From positions 1,522 to 65,521 of the forward strand of contig JAFXKZ010000001.1 of assembly GCA_017531445.1 (NCBI GenBank): a stretch of 64,000 nt of DNA. The letters run 5' to 3'. This DNA comes from Kiritimatiellia bacterium. Lineage in GTDB: Bacteria; Verrucomicrobiota; Kiritimatiellia; RFP12; DVOR01. Position numbers and translations under genes: made by a program. Below, piece after piece: positions 10,746 through 20,692 of this stretch; position 1 is the first letter of the stretch; each line of letters begins with the position of its first letter. Under the pieces are notes generated by a model that had not been told where the DNA came from, did no database searches, and saw only the letters and a program-made list of their open reading frames with translations.

Positions 10746-13700
10746 ATGAGTCGGTCGTTGAAAAAACTCCTTTTACTCCCCTTTTCAATAATGAAGAAGT
10801 TGAATGAGGTGGGTAAAATCCTTTGGAAGTGTTGGGTAGCGGCATGGAAACGGCGGAACATCTGTGTCTATCTGCTGGCGCGGCGTTACTGCAAAATCCA
10901 AGAAAAGACCATCCTCTGGGAAGCATTTAATGGGCGTGGTATTTTAGATAATCCGAAAGCCCTCTTTGAGGCGATGCTTGCAGATCCGGACTTTAAGGAT
11001 TGGAAACATATTTGGGTGTTGGATCGTCTTGAAAATCATAAAGACATATTAGAACACTTCAGAAAGTGGAGCAATGTTCGCTTTGTTACTTTTCAAAGTC
11101 TAAAGAATGCATATGCTTTTGCTCGATCAAAAGTTCTCGTTGGAAATGTAGGGTTCTATTCTTATGTTGTAAAAAGAGAAGGACAGATTCTGATTAATAC
11201 ATGGCATGGAATACCATTAAAATACATTGGAAAGAGTACTCGGAACTTAAATCTTTCCGAAAGTTCCTATATGATTCGCAGTTTCATGCCTTCAACGCTT
11301 ATTTCCGCCTCCCCATTTTTAACAAAAATTTATAATCGTGATTTTCAACTTGGGTCATTATTTACTGAAAATATCATTGAAGAGGGTTATGCGCGTTTAG
11401 ATACATTACTTTGTGTTGAGAAATTGCAAATTTTTACAGCCCTTAAAAAAGACAATGTAGCCATTGCTGCTAATAAAAAAATCATTCTTTTTGCACCGAC
11501 TTGGCGTGGGAATCTTGGAAAAGTAGAGACGTCAATCAAGAGCTATATTGATGTTAAAGTAGCGATTGAAAGTGTTATAGATACCACGCAATGGCAAGTC
11601 TTAGTCAAGCCACATCAGATTGTCTACAATGCCGCACGGGAACAGTTCAAAGATTTGGACTTCATGATTCCGGCAACGATTGACGCCAATGAAGTGCTGG
11701 CAATTACAGATGTTTTAGTGAGCGACTTTTCTTCCATCTTCTATGATTTCTTACTCACCAAGCGCCCCATTGTCTTCTACATTCCCGACCTGGAAGAATA
11801 TAAGGCTTCGCGCGGGCTCTATCATTCGGTGGATACATTGCCGGGACCTGTCTGTCAGTCGCTGGAGGAACTGGAGAAGGTCTTCGCCGATGTGGATGCC
11901 GCAGTCGCGCCTTTTGCCGAACGTTACGCAGAACAGCGCACCTGGGCCGGATGCGACTTTGATAAGGGGACGAACTCCCGCACCATTATGCGCCACATTC
12001 TTTTGGGGGAACCTGCTACAATTGCGGAGAAAGAACCGGAGAAGAAAAAACTGCTCTTTACATTGCCTCCCCGCGCGAAACGGCAGATTGTCACTACGCT
12101 GATTACGGTGCTCAACAAAATTGATTTCACACAATATGATGTCACCCTATTTACCGAAGGTGATAAGATTGGGACTTTAGAGCGTTTGGCGAACGAGCTT
12201 TCCAAAGAGGTGCGCGTTCTGGTGCGTCGCGGCATCTTCCGCACGTTTATTGATGAAGTGCGGTGGTATTATTACAGCAAGTGGGGCACGGGCACCCGTA
12301 AGGGGCGGAAGCTGCTTCCCAAACGCTATTTTCAAGAGGAAATTACGCGCTATCTGGCGCACAACACCTTCGATGAAGTGATCAACGTTGCTGGTTCCTC
12401 GCTCTTCTACACGACCTTTGCCTCGCTCGTTCCTGCGAAAAAACGGATGGTTTGGGCACATGACAATCTCTGTGAAGCGGCGGTAACTACGCAAAAACAT
12501 CTTGCAAAATGCTTTGGGCTTTACCCGATGTTTGATGCCGTTGCGTTCCATTGTGCGGAAGCGTTTGAAGCTAATCGGGCGGCGTTGCCGCAGGCTGTGC
12601 CGGGAGGAAAATGCAACGTTGTGCAGCTCCAATCGCTTGCCGATGTCGCGCTGAAGGCTTGTGTAGATACCCCCTCCCGTTGCGAGTCGCGCTTTGATTT
12701 CTCCATCATCATGGCGGTCTACAATGTAGAACCGTATTTGCGTGAAGCGATTGAAAGTGTCGTAAAGCAGGATATCGGGTTTGAAAACCATGTGCAGTTG
12801 ATCTTGGTGGATGATGGTTCGCCGGATGGCAGTGGGGCCATTTGTGATGAATATGCGGCAAAATATCCAGAAAATATCATTGTTCTTCATCAGGACCATC
12901 AAGGCGTTGCGGCTGCGCGAAATGCTGGTATTGAAGTGGCGAGGGGAGAACTGTTTTACTTCCTTGATCCGGATGATAAGATTCCCACGACGACACTTTT
13001 GCGAGTAAAGGAATTTGCATGTGCACATAATGATGTGGATGTGATTGCTATTCCAGGTCAATTCTATGGCGCATTAAAGGATGTATTTTCTGTGAATGCC
13101 AAGTGTGCCAAGACGGATGTGGTGATTGATTTACAGGATAATCCAACGCTTATTCAAACCATTTGTGCAACGACATTTATTCGGAGAGACGCTTTAGGGG
13201 CCCTTCGTTTTGGGACGCTCCCCATCGCTTTTGAAGAGGCGAGCCTTATCCAGCGCATTCTCTTAACGAATCCAAAAATTGGCGCAGTAAAGAGTGCCAA
13301 AACGATGTGTCATAGCCGGAAATCTGAAGCAGAATGGATGACGCAAAGCAAAGGAATACGGGAATTTTATGCTATTCCTAAGGAGACGTTAAGCACTTTG
13401 ATTCGTCCATGTTTAAATCAGGCAATGGCTACTGATGAGGTGGATGAGGCAGGAAAAATATTACACGAAATCCCACGCTTCATTCAATGTTATGTTGCAC
13501 ATTATGTACAGTGGATGTTGAAGCGACTTTTGAAGATTGATATTGAGGTGGGGCTTTCTGAAGATGAACGGGCGGCATTTGTTACAGATTTAGATGAATT
13601 AATTCACTATTCTGATGATGAATTTCTTTTAAATGCACGTGGCCTTGGCTTTGATCATCGTTTAGTGTATCTTCGTAAAAAATACCAGAAAGCTCCTTCT

Positions 13701-15389
13701 CTCATACGAACAGAGAAGGGAGATGCGTGTGTTACATTTGAAAATCTTCCCTATGAGATGACATATCCGTTTTTACAATGGCATTCGATGCGTGCAGAAA
13801 AGGGGAAGATTTTCCTCTGTGTTGCATTTACGCAGTTTACTGGCTTGCCAGAGGTAACATCTGTTTTTGCAAAATGTGATACGATGATTTTCAATGCGCG
13901 TCCGCTCGTTTGCCACGAGGGAACAACTTTCTTGGATGAACCGAAATTCTATCGCTATCTGTATGAATTTGAATTTAAAGAGGCGGACTTGCCTCGTACG
14001 GCTCGTCTCACCTTCCATTTCACGCAAGGGGGTGAAACCTATCAAGCTGTGAAGCTCTCGCGCCACTTCCGCTTCCCGTTGAGCGATCAATTTGCAGCTG
14101 CGTATTGTATCCTGAATAAGAAGTGTATCTTGGCACGTGGTGCTACACTCATTATTACCGATGAGTATCGTCACTGGAAGAAAGAACTCAAACTTCTCCT
14201 TGAGATTTTCAAGAAGCGTAAAGGGCGTTGGAAAGAGGATCTTTTTATTCGTGTGTTGCGTTTTGTGCGTCAAAAGTTGCATTGCAAACCGATTTGGCTC
14301 TTGAAAGATCGTGCGGCGAATGCAGATGACAATGCCGAGGCCATGTTTATTCATTTGTGTGAAAAACACCCTGAGGTGAAGGCTTATTTTGTGATTGATA
14401 AAACGAGTCCGGATGGGAAACGATTAGAACGGTTTGGAAAGATTCTTCCTTTTTCCTCTCGCAAGAATCGTATCTTAAGCGCGTTCTCTTCTGTAATATT
14501 GTCTTCACAGGTGGATTCATGGTTTTTACCGGAAGAACGCAAAAATCATGCATTGCGTGATATGATTGCGTTACGCCCATTTGTCTTCTTACAACATGGT
14601 GTAACGAAAGATTTTGTTGGCTGGTTGTGGAAGTATACTCAAAATTTGGCCGGACTTGTTGTTGCTGCAACGTCAGAAGAAGAAGCATTTTTGGATGAAC
14701 CATATGGATACTCTAATCGTGAGATTTGGTTAACAGGGTTCCCGCGCTTTGATCGGCTTTATCATGATGAACAGAAACTGATTACATTTATGCCTACTTG
14801 GAGACAGTGGTTATTTCGTCGGCCGAATCAAACGACGGGCGTGTGGCAGCCCCTTCCAGGGTTCACTGAGAGCGCGTACTTTAAGTTCTATAATCAACTG
14901 TTATCACATCCACGCCTTATTTCAGCTGCTCAATCCTTTGGCTACACGCTTGCGTTTTTCCCACATCCAATGGTGCGGTTGAATGGACTTGTTGATGAGT
15001 TTAACCTTTTGGATGTTAAGGTTTTGTCGTCAGAGACACCTTATCGCGAGATTTATGCTAAGAGTAATCTCGTGGTTACAGACTATTCCTCTGCAGTCTT
15101 TGACTTTGCTTATTTGAGAAAGCCCGTCCTTTATACACATTTTGATAAGGAAGATATGTTCTCTGGAAAGCATACATTAGAAAAAGGCTACTTTGATTAT
15201 GAGCGTGATGGTTTTGGTGAGGTAACTTATACCCTTGAGGAAACGGTGGATTACCTCATTGATTACATGAAGAATGGGTGTCAATTGAAGGATAAGTATC
15301 GTGAACGTATTGATCACTTCTTTGCTTTCAATGACCAAAACAACTGCGAACGCGTGTACCAAAAGGTATGTGAATTGATTCAACAATAA
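10746..15389 (+). CDS. Multidomain CDP-glycerol glycerophosphotransferase (TagF-like)-GT2-TagF-like fusion
   Basis: N-terminal NTWHGIPLK, FAPTWR, VKPH, SDFSSIFYDF; central SIIMAVYNVE, LVDDGSPD, FLDPDD; C-terminal FLQHGVTKD, TGFPRFD, MPTWR, TDYSSAVFDF; start after GAGAGG. Confidence 0.9.
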   Translation: MSRSLKKLLLLPFSIMKKLNEVGKILWKCWVAAWKRRNICVYLLARRYCKIQEKTILWEAFNGRGILDNPKALFEAMLADPDFKDWKHIWVLDRLENHKDILEHFRKWSNVRFVTFQSLKNAYAFARSKVLVGNVGFYSYVVKREGQILINTWHGIPLKYIGKSTRNLNLSESSYMIRSFMPSTLISASPFLTKIYNRDFQLGSLFTENIIEEGYARLDTLLCVEKLQIFTALKKDNVAIAANKKIILFAPTWRGNLGKVETSIKSYIDVKVAIESVIDTTQWQVLVKPHQIVYNAAREQFKDLDFMIPATIDANEVLAITDVLVSDFSSIFYDFLLTKRPIVFYIPDLEEYKASRGLYHSVDTLPGPVCQSLEELEKVFADVDAAVAPFAERYAEQRTWAGCDFDKGTNSRTIMRHILLGEPATIAEKEPEKKKLLFTLPPRAKRQIVTTLITVLNKIDFTQYDVTLFTEGDKIGTLERLANELSKEVRVLVRRGIFRTFIDEVRWYYYSKWGTGTRKGRKLLPKRYFQEEITRYLAHNTFDEVINVAGSSLFYTTFASLVPAKKRMVWAHDNLCEAAVTTQKHLAKCFGLYPMFDAVAFHCAEAFEANRAALPQAVPGGKCNVVQLQSLADVALKACVDTPSRCESRFDFSIIMAVYNVEPYLREAIESVVKQDIGFENHVQLILVDDGSPDGSGAICDEYAAKYPENIIVLHQDHQGVAAARNAGIEVARGELFYFLDPDDKIPTTTLLRVKEFACAHNDVDVIAIPGQFYGALKDVFSVNAKCAKTDVVIDLQDNPTLIQTICATTFIRRDALGALRFGTLPIAFEEASLIQRILLTNPKIGAVKSAKTMCHSRKSEAEWMTQSKGIREFYAIPKETLSTLIRPCLNQAMATDEVDEAGKILHEIPRFIQCYVAHYVQWMLKRLLKIDIEVGLSEDERAAFVTDLDELIHYSDDEFLLNARGLGFDHRLVYLRKKYQKAPSLIRTEKGDACVTFENLPYEMTYPFLQWHSMRAEKGKIFLCVAFTQFTGLPEVTSVFAKCDTMIFNARPLVCHEGTTFLDEPKFYRYLYEFEFKEADLPRTARLTFHFTQGGETYQAVKLSRHFRFPLSDQFAAAYCILNKKCILARGATLIITDEYRHWKKELKLLLEIFKKRKGRWKEDLFIRVLRFVRQKLHCKPIWLLKDRAANADDNAEAMFIHLCEKHPEVKAYFVIDKTSPDGKRLERFGKILPFSSRKNRILSAFSSVILSSQVDSWFLPEERKNHALRDMIALRPFVFLQHGVTKDFVGWLWKYTQNLAGLVVAATSEEEAFLDEPYGYSNREIWLTGFPRFDRLYHDEQKLITFMPTWRQWLFRRPNQTTGVWQPLPGFTESAYFKFYNQLLSHPRLISAAQSFGYTLAFFPHPMVRLNGLVDEFNLLDVKVLSSETPYREIYAKSNLVVTDYSSAVFDFAYLRKPVLYTHFDKEDMFSGKHTLEKGYFDYERDGFGEVTYTLEETVDYLIDYMKNGCQLKDKYRERIDHFFAFNDQNNCERVYQKVCELIQQ

Positions 15390-15402
15390 AAGGTGTAAAA
15401 CA

Positions 15403-17007
15403 ATGAAGTTTGAGAATGAAGACATTTCTGCGATTTGGACACTCCATGGCGGCGAGCGCGTAAAAGCACTTGAAGCCGCATATGAGCAATTTGGTCCGCG
15501 TATGTTTGCCTTTCGATCGTTTTATGGTGTAAGTCATTACATAAATGCGTTGGGATCACTGTTAAGTGCTTCTGTTTTCAATCGACGACCACAATCAATT
15601 AAAACTATCGCATTGTACTATTTTACATATGGATTTGGTGGGGTAGAACGTTGTATCTCCTATTTGATGCCGCAATTTTTATCCCTTGGTTATAACGTTA
15701 TTCTTATTACAGATACGGATGCGTCGTCTGATGCGTACCCAACACCCAAGGGGGTAAAACGGCTTGTTTTTAATGCGTCTAATTCGCGTGTTCATCCATT
15801 TCATCAACTGCAAGGACGATGTACGCAATGGGAAACATTTATTAAAGAGAATCACATTGATGCGGTGTATTATGCATATTTATCGAATCATGTACGAATG
15901 ATAGACTTCCCCGTTATTCGTGCAAGTGGTGCTTATTTATTTTATCACTTCCATAATTGTTTCTCTCACTCGTTACATACTGAAAGTGCAAAACATTTCT
16001 ATAATTTTTCAAAATACATCCGATTTGCGGATTCGATCATAACGCTTTCAAGGGCTGACACGCGTTTCTTTGAGTTGTGTGGAGTGCGAGCATACTATAT
16101 TCCCAATAAATGTTTTTTTGATATTAAACAATATAAACAAAAAAAAGTTAATCTAAGACAAGTGAAATGCCTTTGGAGTGGCAGGTTTGCTCCGCAGAAG
16201 AGTCCACTTGAGATTATCCCTATCTTTTCTAAAATCTATCAAGCTATTCCAAACGCTACGTTGACTATTTTAGGGTCTACAACTCCGGCTTTTCAGCGTT
16301 TGCAATACGATAAAAAAATGCGAAAGCAGGCAAAGGATTTAGGGTGTGCAGATGCGATTCGCTGGGAAGGCTTTCAAGAAGATGTGCAACCTTACTATGA
16401 TAGTTCGGATTTATTAATCTGCACATCATTATTTGAAGGTTTTCCGCTCACGCATATTGAGGCTTATGCTCATGGGTTGCCGATTGTTAGTTACGATATG
16501 CCGTATTTGGAAACGTTGAAAGACGAAAAGGCTTCGCGCTGTGTGCCGCAGGGCGATCAACAGGCGGCGGCAGAAGCGGCGATTGAACTTTTAACCAATC
16601 CCGAGGTTTATCGGGAAGCTTCGCAGGCGGCGCGAAAGGTGGCAGAGACATTTATGGATTTTGATCAGGATTCTGCCTGGAAAAAGGTGATTGAAGAGCT
16701 GCCTCAACCGTATACACCGCAGGAAACGGAAGCCGATCAAATTGATCGTGTGATGCTGGAAACCATCCTTTTGCACGGCACATGGGCGAGATTGCCGCAG
16801 CAAACTCAGAATCAATTGGTGCAAACCCGGAAGCAATTGGCGGCGGCGCAGACAGAGCTCCGGAAGCTGCGTGCCACGCGGGCATGGCGGATCGGACGGG
16901 CGGTAACCTTTTTGCCGCGCAAGGCGAAAGGCGGCATAAAGTGTCTTCGCGAGAACGGTTTGCGCTATACGCTCCGCCGTGCGGTGAAAAAAGTGTTGCG
17001 GCATTGA
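15403..17007 (+). CDS. Glycosyltransferase family 4
   Basis: GGVER, GRFAPQK, EGFPLTHIEAYAHGLPIVS; coiled-coil/amphipathic C-terminal tail. Confidence 0.9.
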   Translation: MKFENEDISAIWTLHGGERVKALEAAYEQFGPRMFAFRSFYGVSHYINALGSLLSASVFNRRPQSIKTIALYYFTYGFGGVERCISYLMPQFLSLGYNVILITDTDASSDAYPTPKGVKRLVFNASNSRVHPFHQLQGRCTQWETFIKENHIDAVYYAYLSNHVRMIDFPVIRASGAYLFYHFHNCFSHSLHTESAKHFYNFSKYIRFADSIITLSRADTRFFELCGVRAYYIPNKCFFDIKQYKQKKVNLRQVKCLWSGRFAPQKSPLEIIPIFSKIYQAIPNATLTILGSTTPAFQRLQYDKKMRKQAKDLGCADAIRWEGFQEDVQPYYDSSDLLICTSLFEGFPLTHIEAYAHGLPIVSYDMPYLETLKDEKASRCVPQGDQQAAAEAAIELLTNPEVYREASQAARKVAETFMDFDQDSAWKKVIEELPQPYTPQETEADQIDRVMLETILLHGTWARLPQQTQNQLVQTRKQLAAAQTELRKLRATRAWRIGRAVTFLPRKAKGGIKCLRENGLRYTLRRAVKKVLRH

Positions 17008-17020
17008 CAGCATCGTTTTC

Positions 17021-17126
17021 CGGTGTTGCCCGCATTGGAAATCACTGTCGGCGAAACTGCGTGTGCGTTTCGGCGGGATTGAAACGCGACATGGGCGGGA
17101 TTGCCCCCTCAATCCCGCCCATGTTG
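17021..17126. repeat. 22-bp phased pseudo-palindrome array B
   Basis: Cores at 17027 (degenerate), 17049, 17071, 17093, 17116. Confidence 0.85.
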
Positions 17127-17230
17127 TTTTTACGTCCGGAAGGGTGCTTTCCTGAAGGTGGCGGTGTGTGCTTTCCGGAGGCGCGGAGGCTCTTTGCAAA
17201 GCAGGGGGTTTGTGCTATGATGATAAACGT

Positions 17231-18316
17231 ATGAAACGGTGGATTTCCTTTCTTTTTCTCTTGGTGACGTTGCCGATGTTCGCGCTTGCTCCTGCGACAA
17301 AGACGCAGACGGAAGCGGCCCTGCAAAAGGGGTTTTCGTGGCTCCGAGCAGCGCAGGCGGCAGATGGAAGCTGGTCGGATAAGCGTTTCCCCGGGATGAG
17401 TGCGCTCGCGCTCTGGGCGATGGCCGCGGCCAAGCTTCCGGAAAATGCCGCAGCGGCACAAAAGGCAGAAGCGTTTCTGGTATCCTGTGCGCAACCGGAC
17501 GGAGGAATTTATGTACCGATTCCGGGGCGGCGCGGAGGCGGTTTGGGGAATTACAACACGTGTTTATGCCTTACGGCGTTGCACGCCGCCGGTGCGCAGA
17601 TGCGCCATGCGTCCACGTTGCTCGCGGCGCGCAGTTACATTGCTTCCACGCAGATTGAAACGGAGGGTTTGCACGAGGGCGGTTTCGGCTATGACAAAAA
17701 GAGCCCCCGGGAATACACCGATTTGAACAACACGCTCTATGCCGTCAGTGCGATGCGTCTGACGCAGGATTTGGAGGAGCTTCGCCCGTCCAATCAGAAG
17801 CGGGTGGAGATCAATTGGGAAGCGGCCCGGCGGTATGTGCTCTCGATGCAACAGACGCAGGGGGAAGACGAGGGCGGCTTTGTCTACAATCGCCAGGTGC
17901 CGCGGACATCGGCGGCCGATGGAGAACGTCCGCAATTGAAAGCCTATGGGTCGATGACCTATGCCGGGCTGCTGGCGATGCTGCATTGCGATCTTTCCCG
18001 GGATGATCCGCGGGTGCGGTCGGTTTACCAATACATTGGCAAACACTGGACGCTGGAAGAGAATCCGGGACAGGGCAATCAGGGGCTCTATTTCTATTAT
18101 GACATTCTCGCACGGGCGTTGGATGCGGCAGGTGTTCAGCGTGTAACGCTCGCAGACGGTTCGCAGCTTGATTGGAAAGAAGCTCTCGCGCAGGCACTTC
18201 TGAAGCGTCAGCAAGCCGATGGCTCCTGGGTGAATGAGAACAACCGTTTTTGGGAGGCCGATCCGGTGCTCTCCACCAGTTACGCGCTCCTGGCCCTCAC
18301 GTTGGTTTTGGATTGA
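17231..18316 (+). CDS. Exported prenyltransferase/squalene-oxidase-repeat (QW-motif) alpha-barrel protein
   Basis: Signal peptide; WLRAAQAADGSW, AQPDGG, EGGFGY, QQADGSW repeats; TGcTATGAT -10 at 17213-17221. Confidence 0.8.
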   Translation: MKRWISFLFLLVTLPMFALAPATKTQTEAALQKGFSWLRAAQAADGSWSDKRFPGMSALALWAMAAAKLPENAAAAQKAEAFLVSCAQPDGGIYVPIPGRRGGGLGNYNTCLCLTALHAAGAQMRHASTLLAARSYIASTQIETEGLHEGGFGYDKKSPREYTDLNNTLYAVSAMRLTQDLEELRPSNQKRVEINWEAARRYVLSMQQTQGEDEGGFVYNRQVPRTSAADGERPQLKAYGSMTYAGLLAMLHCDLSRDDPRVRSVYQYIGKHWTLEENPGQGNQGLYFYYDILARALDAAGVQRVTLADGSQLDWKEALAQALLKRQQADGSWVNENNRFWEADPVLSTSYALLALTLVLD

Positions 18317-18317
18317 G

Positions 18318-19211
18318 ATGAATACGCAGCTTCCGAATCTTGGACTTACGGGCATCCTGGGCAAGGGGGGCACCGCCACGGTTTACCGGGGGGTGCAGCT
18401 TTCCACGGGCCGGGAGGTGGCTGTAAAAGTGCTGGAGTCCGATTTTGTCAAGTCGCCGGAAGATATCACGCGCTTTGTGAACGAGGCGAAAGCCTGTGCG
18501 CGGTTCAAACACAAAAACATTGTCCGCGTGTATGATGCCGGTGAAGCGCAGGGCATCTACTACTTTGTGATGGAGTTGATCAACGGTTACACGTTTGCAG
18601 CTTATCTTGCGCGGAAGAAGCAAATCGCCGTGGAAGATGTGCTCATCATTCTGGAATCGGTGGTGGAAGCGTTGCGCTATGCGTGGCAAACCTATCGTGT
18701 AATCCATTGCGATATCAAACCCGACAATCTGATGGTGGATGCCGATGGGACGATCAAAGTAATGGACTTGGGCATCGCAAAGTCGCTCCTTACAGTTACA
18801 CGGGAAAGTGCAGAAAGCGCAGAAGAAATTATGGGCACTCCCGCTTACATGAGCCCGGATCAGATTTATGATTTGCGCGACATCGATTGCAGGTCCGATA
18901 TTTACGCACTCGGAGCGACCGCGTATCACCTGCTCACGGGGGTGAGTCTCTTCCCCGGAAAGACCGATCAACAGGTGGTGGATTCGCACATCGGAGCCAG
19001 TTTTGCCCGCGATCCGCGTCGTCTTGCTCCGCGTATCCCCTATGCACTTGCACTAATTTTGAACAGAATGCTTGCCAAAGATCGCAATCTGCGCTATCCT
19101 AATTGGGAAACGTTAAGTGCGGATATTCAGCGGCTGTATGCAGGCGAACCGCTTTTAGCAACCCCCTTAAAACCCGGAGAAAGCTCCGTCGGCTTGGCTT
19201 CGGATCTGTAA
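18318..19211 (+). CDS. Hanks-type Ser/Thr protein kinase
   Basis: LGKGGTATVY, VAVK, HCDIKPDN, DLGIA, GTPAYMSPDQ, SDIYALG. Confidence 0.93.
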   Translation: MNTQLPNLGLTGILGKGGTATVYRGVQLSTGREVAVKVLESDFVKSPEDITRFVNEAKACARFKHKNIVRVYDAGEAQGIYYFVMELINGYTFAAYLARKKQIAVEDVLIILESVVEALRYAWQTYRVIHCDIKPDNLMVDADGTIKVMDLGIAKSLLTVTRESAESAEEIMGTPAYMSPDQIYDLRDIDCRSDIYALGATAYHLLTGVSLFPGKTDQQVVDSHIGASFARDPRRLAPRIPYALALILNRMLAKDRNLRYPNWETLSADIQRLYAGEPLLATPLKPGESSVGLASDL

Positions 19212-19228
19212 CGAAAGGACGAATTCTT

Positions 19229-20245
19229 ATGCATATTCTCGTCACTGGTGGTGCAGGCTACATCGGCACCCATACCGTTATCCAACTTCAAGAAGCCGGT
19301 TATGAAGTCACCATCGTGGATAACCTCTACAACTCGCAGGAAGAAGCTGTCCGCCGTGGCGCGGAGCTTGCCGGCAAGACCCCGCACTTCTATAAAGTTG
19401 ACCTTCTGGATTACGCAGGTTTGGAAGAGGTGTTCAAAAAGGCGCACTACGATGCGGTGATTCACTTTGCCGGACTGAAAGCCGTGGGCGAATCGGTGGC
19501 CAAGCCGCTCTTTTACTACGATAATAACATGACAGGCACCTTCAACCTGCTCCGTTTGATGAAGCAGTATGACTGCCGTAACATCGTTTTCTCCTCTTCG
19601 GCCACGGTGTACGGTATGCCCGAAAAAGTGCCTTTGGATGAAAGCTGCTCCACCGGTGCGCTCAATCCTTACGGCGCGACCAAGCTTTTCCTTGAACGCG
19701 TCATCTCCGATGTCAAGGCGGCAGAGCCGGATTTGGGCGTGGTGCTTCTGCGCTACTTCAATCCCGTTGGCGCACACCCCTCGGGCCGCATCGGTGAAAA
19801 TCCCAACGGCATCCCCAACAATCTGATGCCCTATATCGCGCAGGTTGCGGTGGGACGTCTGCCCAAAGTGCGCGTTTTCGGCGATGACTATCCTACGAAA
19901 GACGGCACCGGTGTGCGCGACTACATTCACGTAGACGACCTGGCGCGCGGACACTTGGCCGCACTCAAGAAGTTGGAGCAGACCCCCGGCGAGATCTATA
20001 CGGTCAATCTCGGCACCGGCACCGGCTACTCCGTGCTTGACATGATCAAGGCCTTTTCCAAAGCGTGCGGCAAGGAAATCCCCTACGAAATCGCCCCGCG
20101 CCGCCCCGGAGATGCGCCCGAATGCTATGCCGATCCCACCTATGCCAAGGAATTGCTCGGATGGGAAGCGACGCGTACGCTGGATGATATGTGCGCCTCT
20201 TCCTGGAAGTGGCAGTCGATGAACCCCAATGGTTACGACGCGTAA
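19229..20245 (+). CDS. galE: UDP-glucose 4-epimerase
   Basis: ILVTGGAGYIGTH, FAGLKAVGES, FSSSATVYG, YGATK, LRYFNPVGAH, GVRDYIHV. Confidence 0.97.
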   Translation: MHILVTGGAGYIGTHTVIQLQEAGYEVTIVDNLYNSQEEAVRRGAELAGKTPHFYKVDLLDYAGLEEVFKKAHYDAVIHFAGLKAVGESVAKPLFYYDNNMTGTFNLLRLMKQYDCRNIVFSSSATVYGMPEKVPLDESCSTGALNPYGATKLFLERVISDVKAAEPDLGVVLLRYFNPVGAHPSGRIGENPNGIPNNLMPYIAQVAVGRLPKVRVFGDDYPTKDGTGVRDYIHVDDLARGHLAALKKLEQTPGEIYTVNLGTGTGYSVLDMIKAFSKACGKEIPYEIAPRRPGDAPECYADPTYAKELLGWEATRTLDDMCASSWKWQSMNPNGYDA

Positions 20246-20338
20246 GCTTGGCGATGTGACCGAAATGAAAGGTGCTTGCGCCGTATAGCAACAGACGGTT
20301 GCCACCGTGTGCGACACCGCTTTCAACGTCTCAGAGCC

Positions 20339-20379
20339 TCCGGGATGCCGTGGAGAATCACGCATCCCGGATGTTTTTT
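20339..20379 (+). terminator. Intrinsic terminator after galE
   Basis: TCCGGGATGC...GCATCCCGGA followed by TGTTTTTT. Confidence 0.7.
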
Positions 20380-20692
20380 AGGCGGCAGTGGCGCGCGCTT
20401 GCCGTGCGTCTTGCAATGTCAAAAGTGCCGTGCGGCGTCTCCGGCGGCACGTAGAATCGCGTGGGGATTACGGTTTGTCATCGGGAGTGGGAATGCTGCC
20501 CGGAAGAATGAACCGCCGCTTCCGTTTCAATCCTTCCGCAAACGGCGGCTGCACGTCTGGTAGCGGCTGCATCGCTTTTTGGGGAGTGTTTTCACCGCGT
20601 GGAGGGGGAAATCGTGCTTGCGCAATGGCAGAAAAGATGTTATTTTACGCAGATAGTCCTCTTCTTCAGAGGTGATGCACCTGGAGATTCTT

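Noticed and set aside
19127-20365. 412-aa - strand ORF
   Set aside because: Antisense to galE
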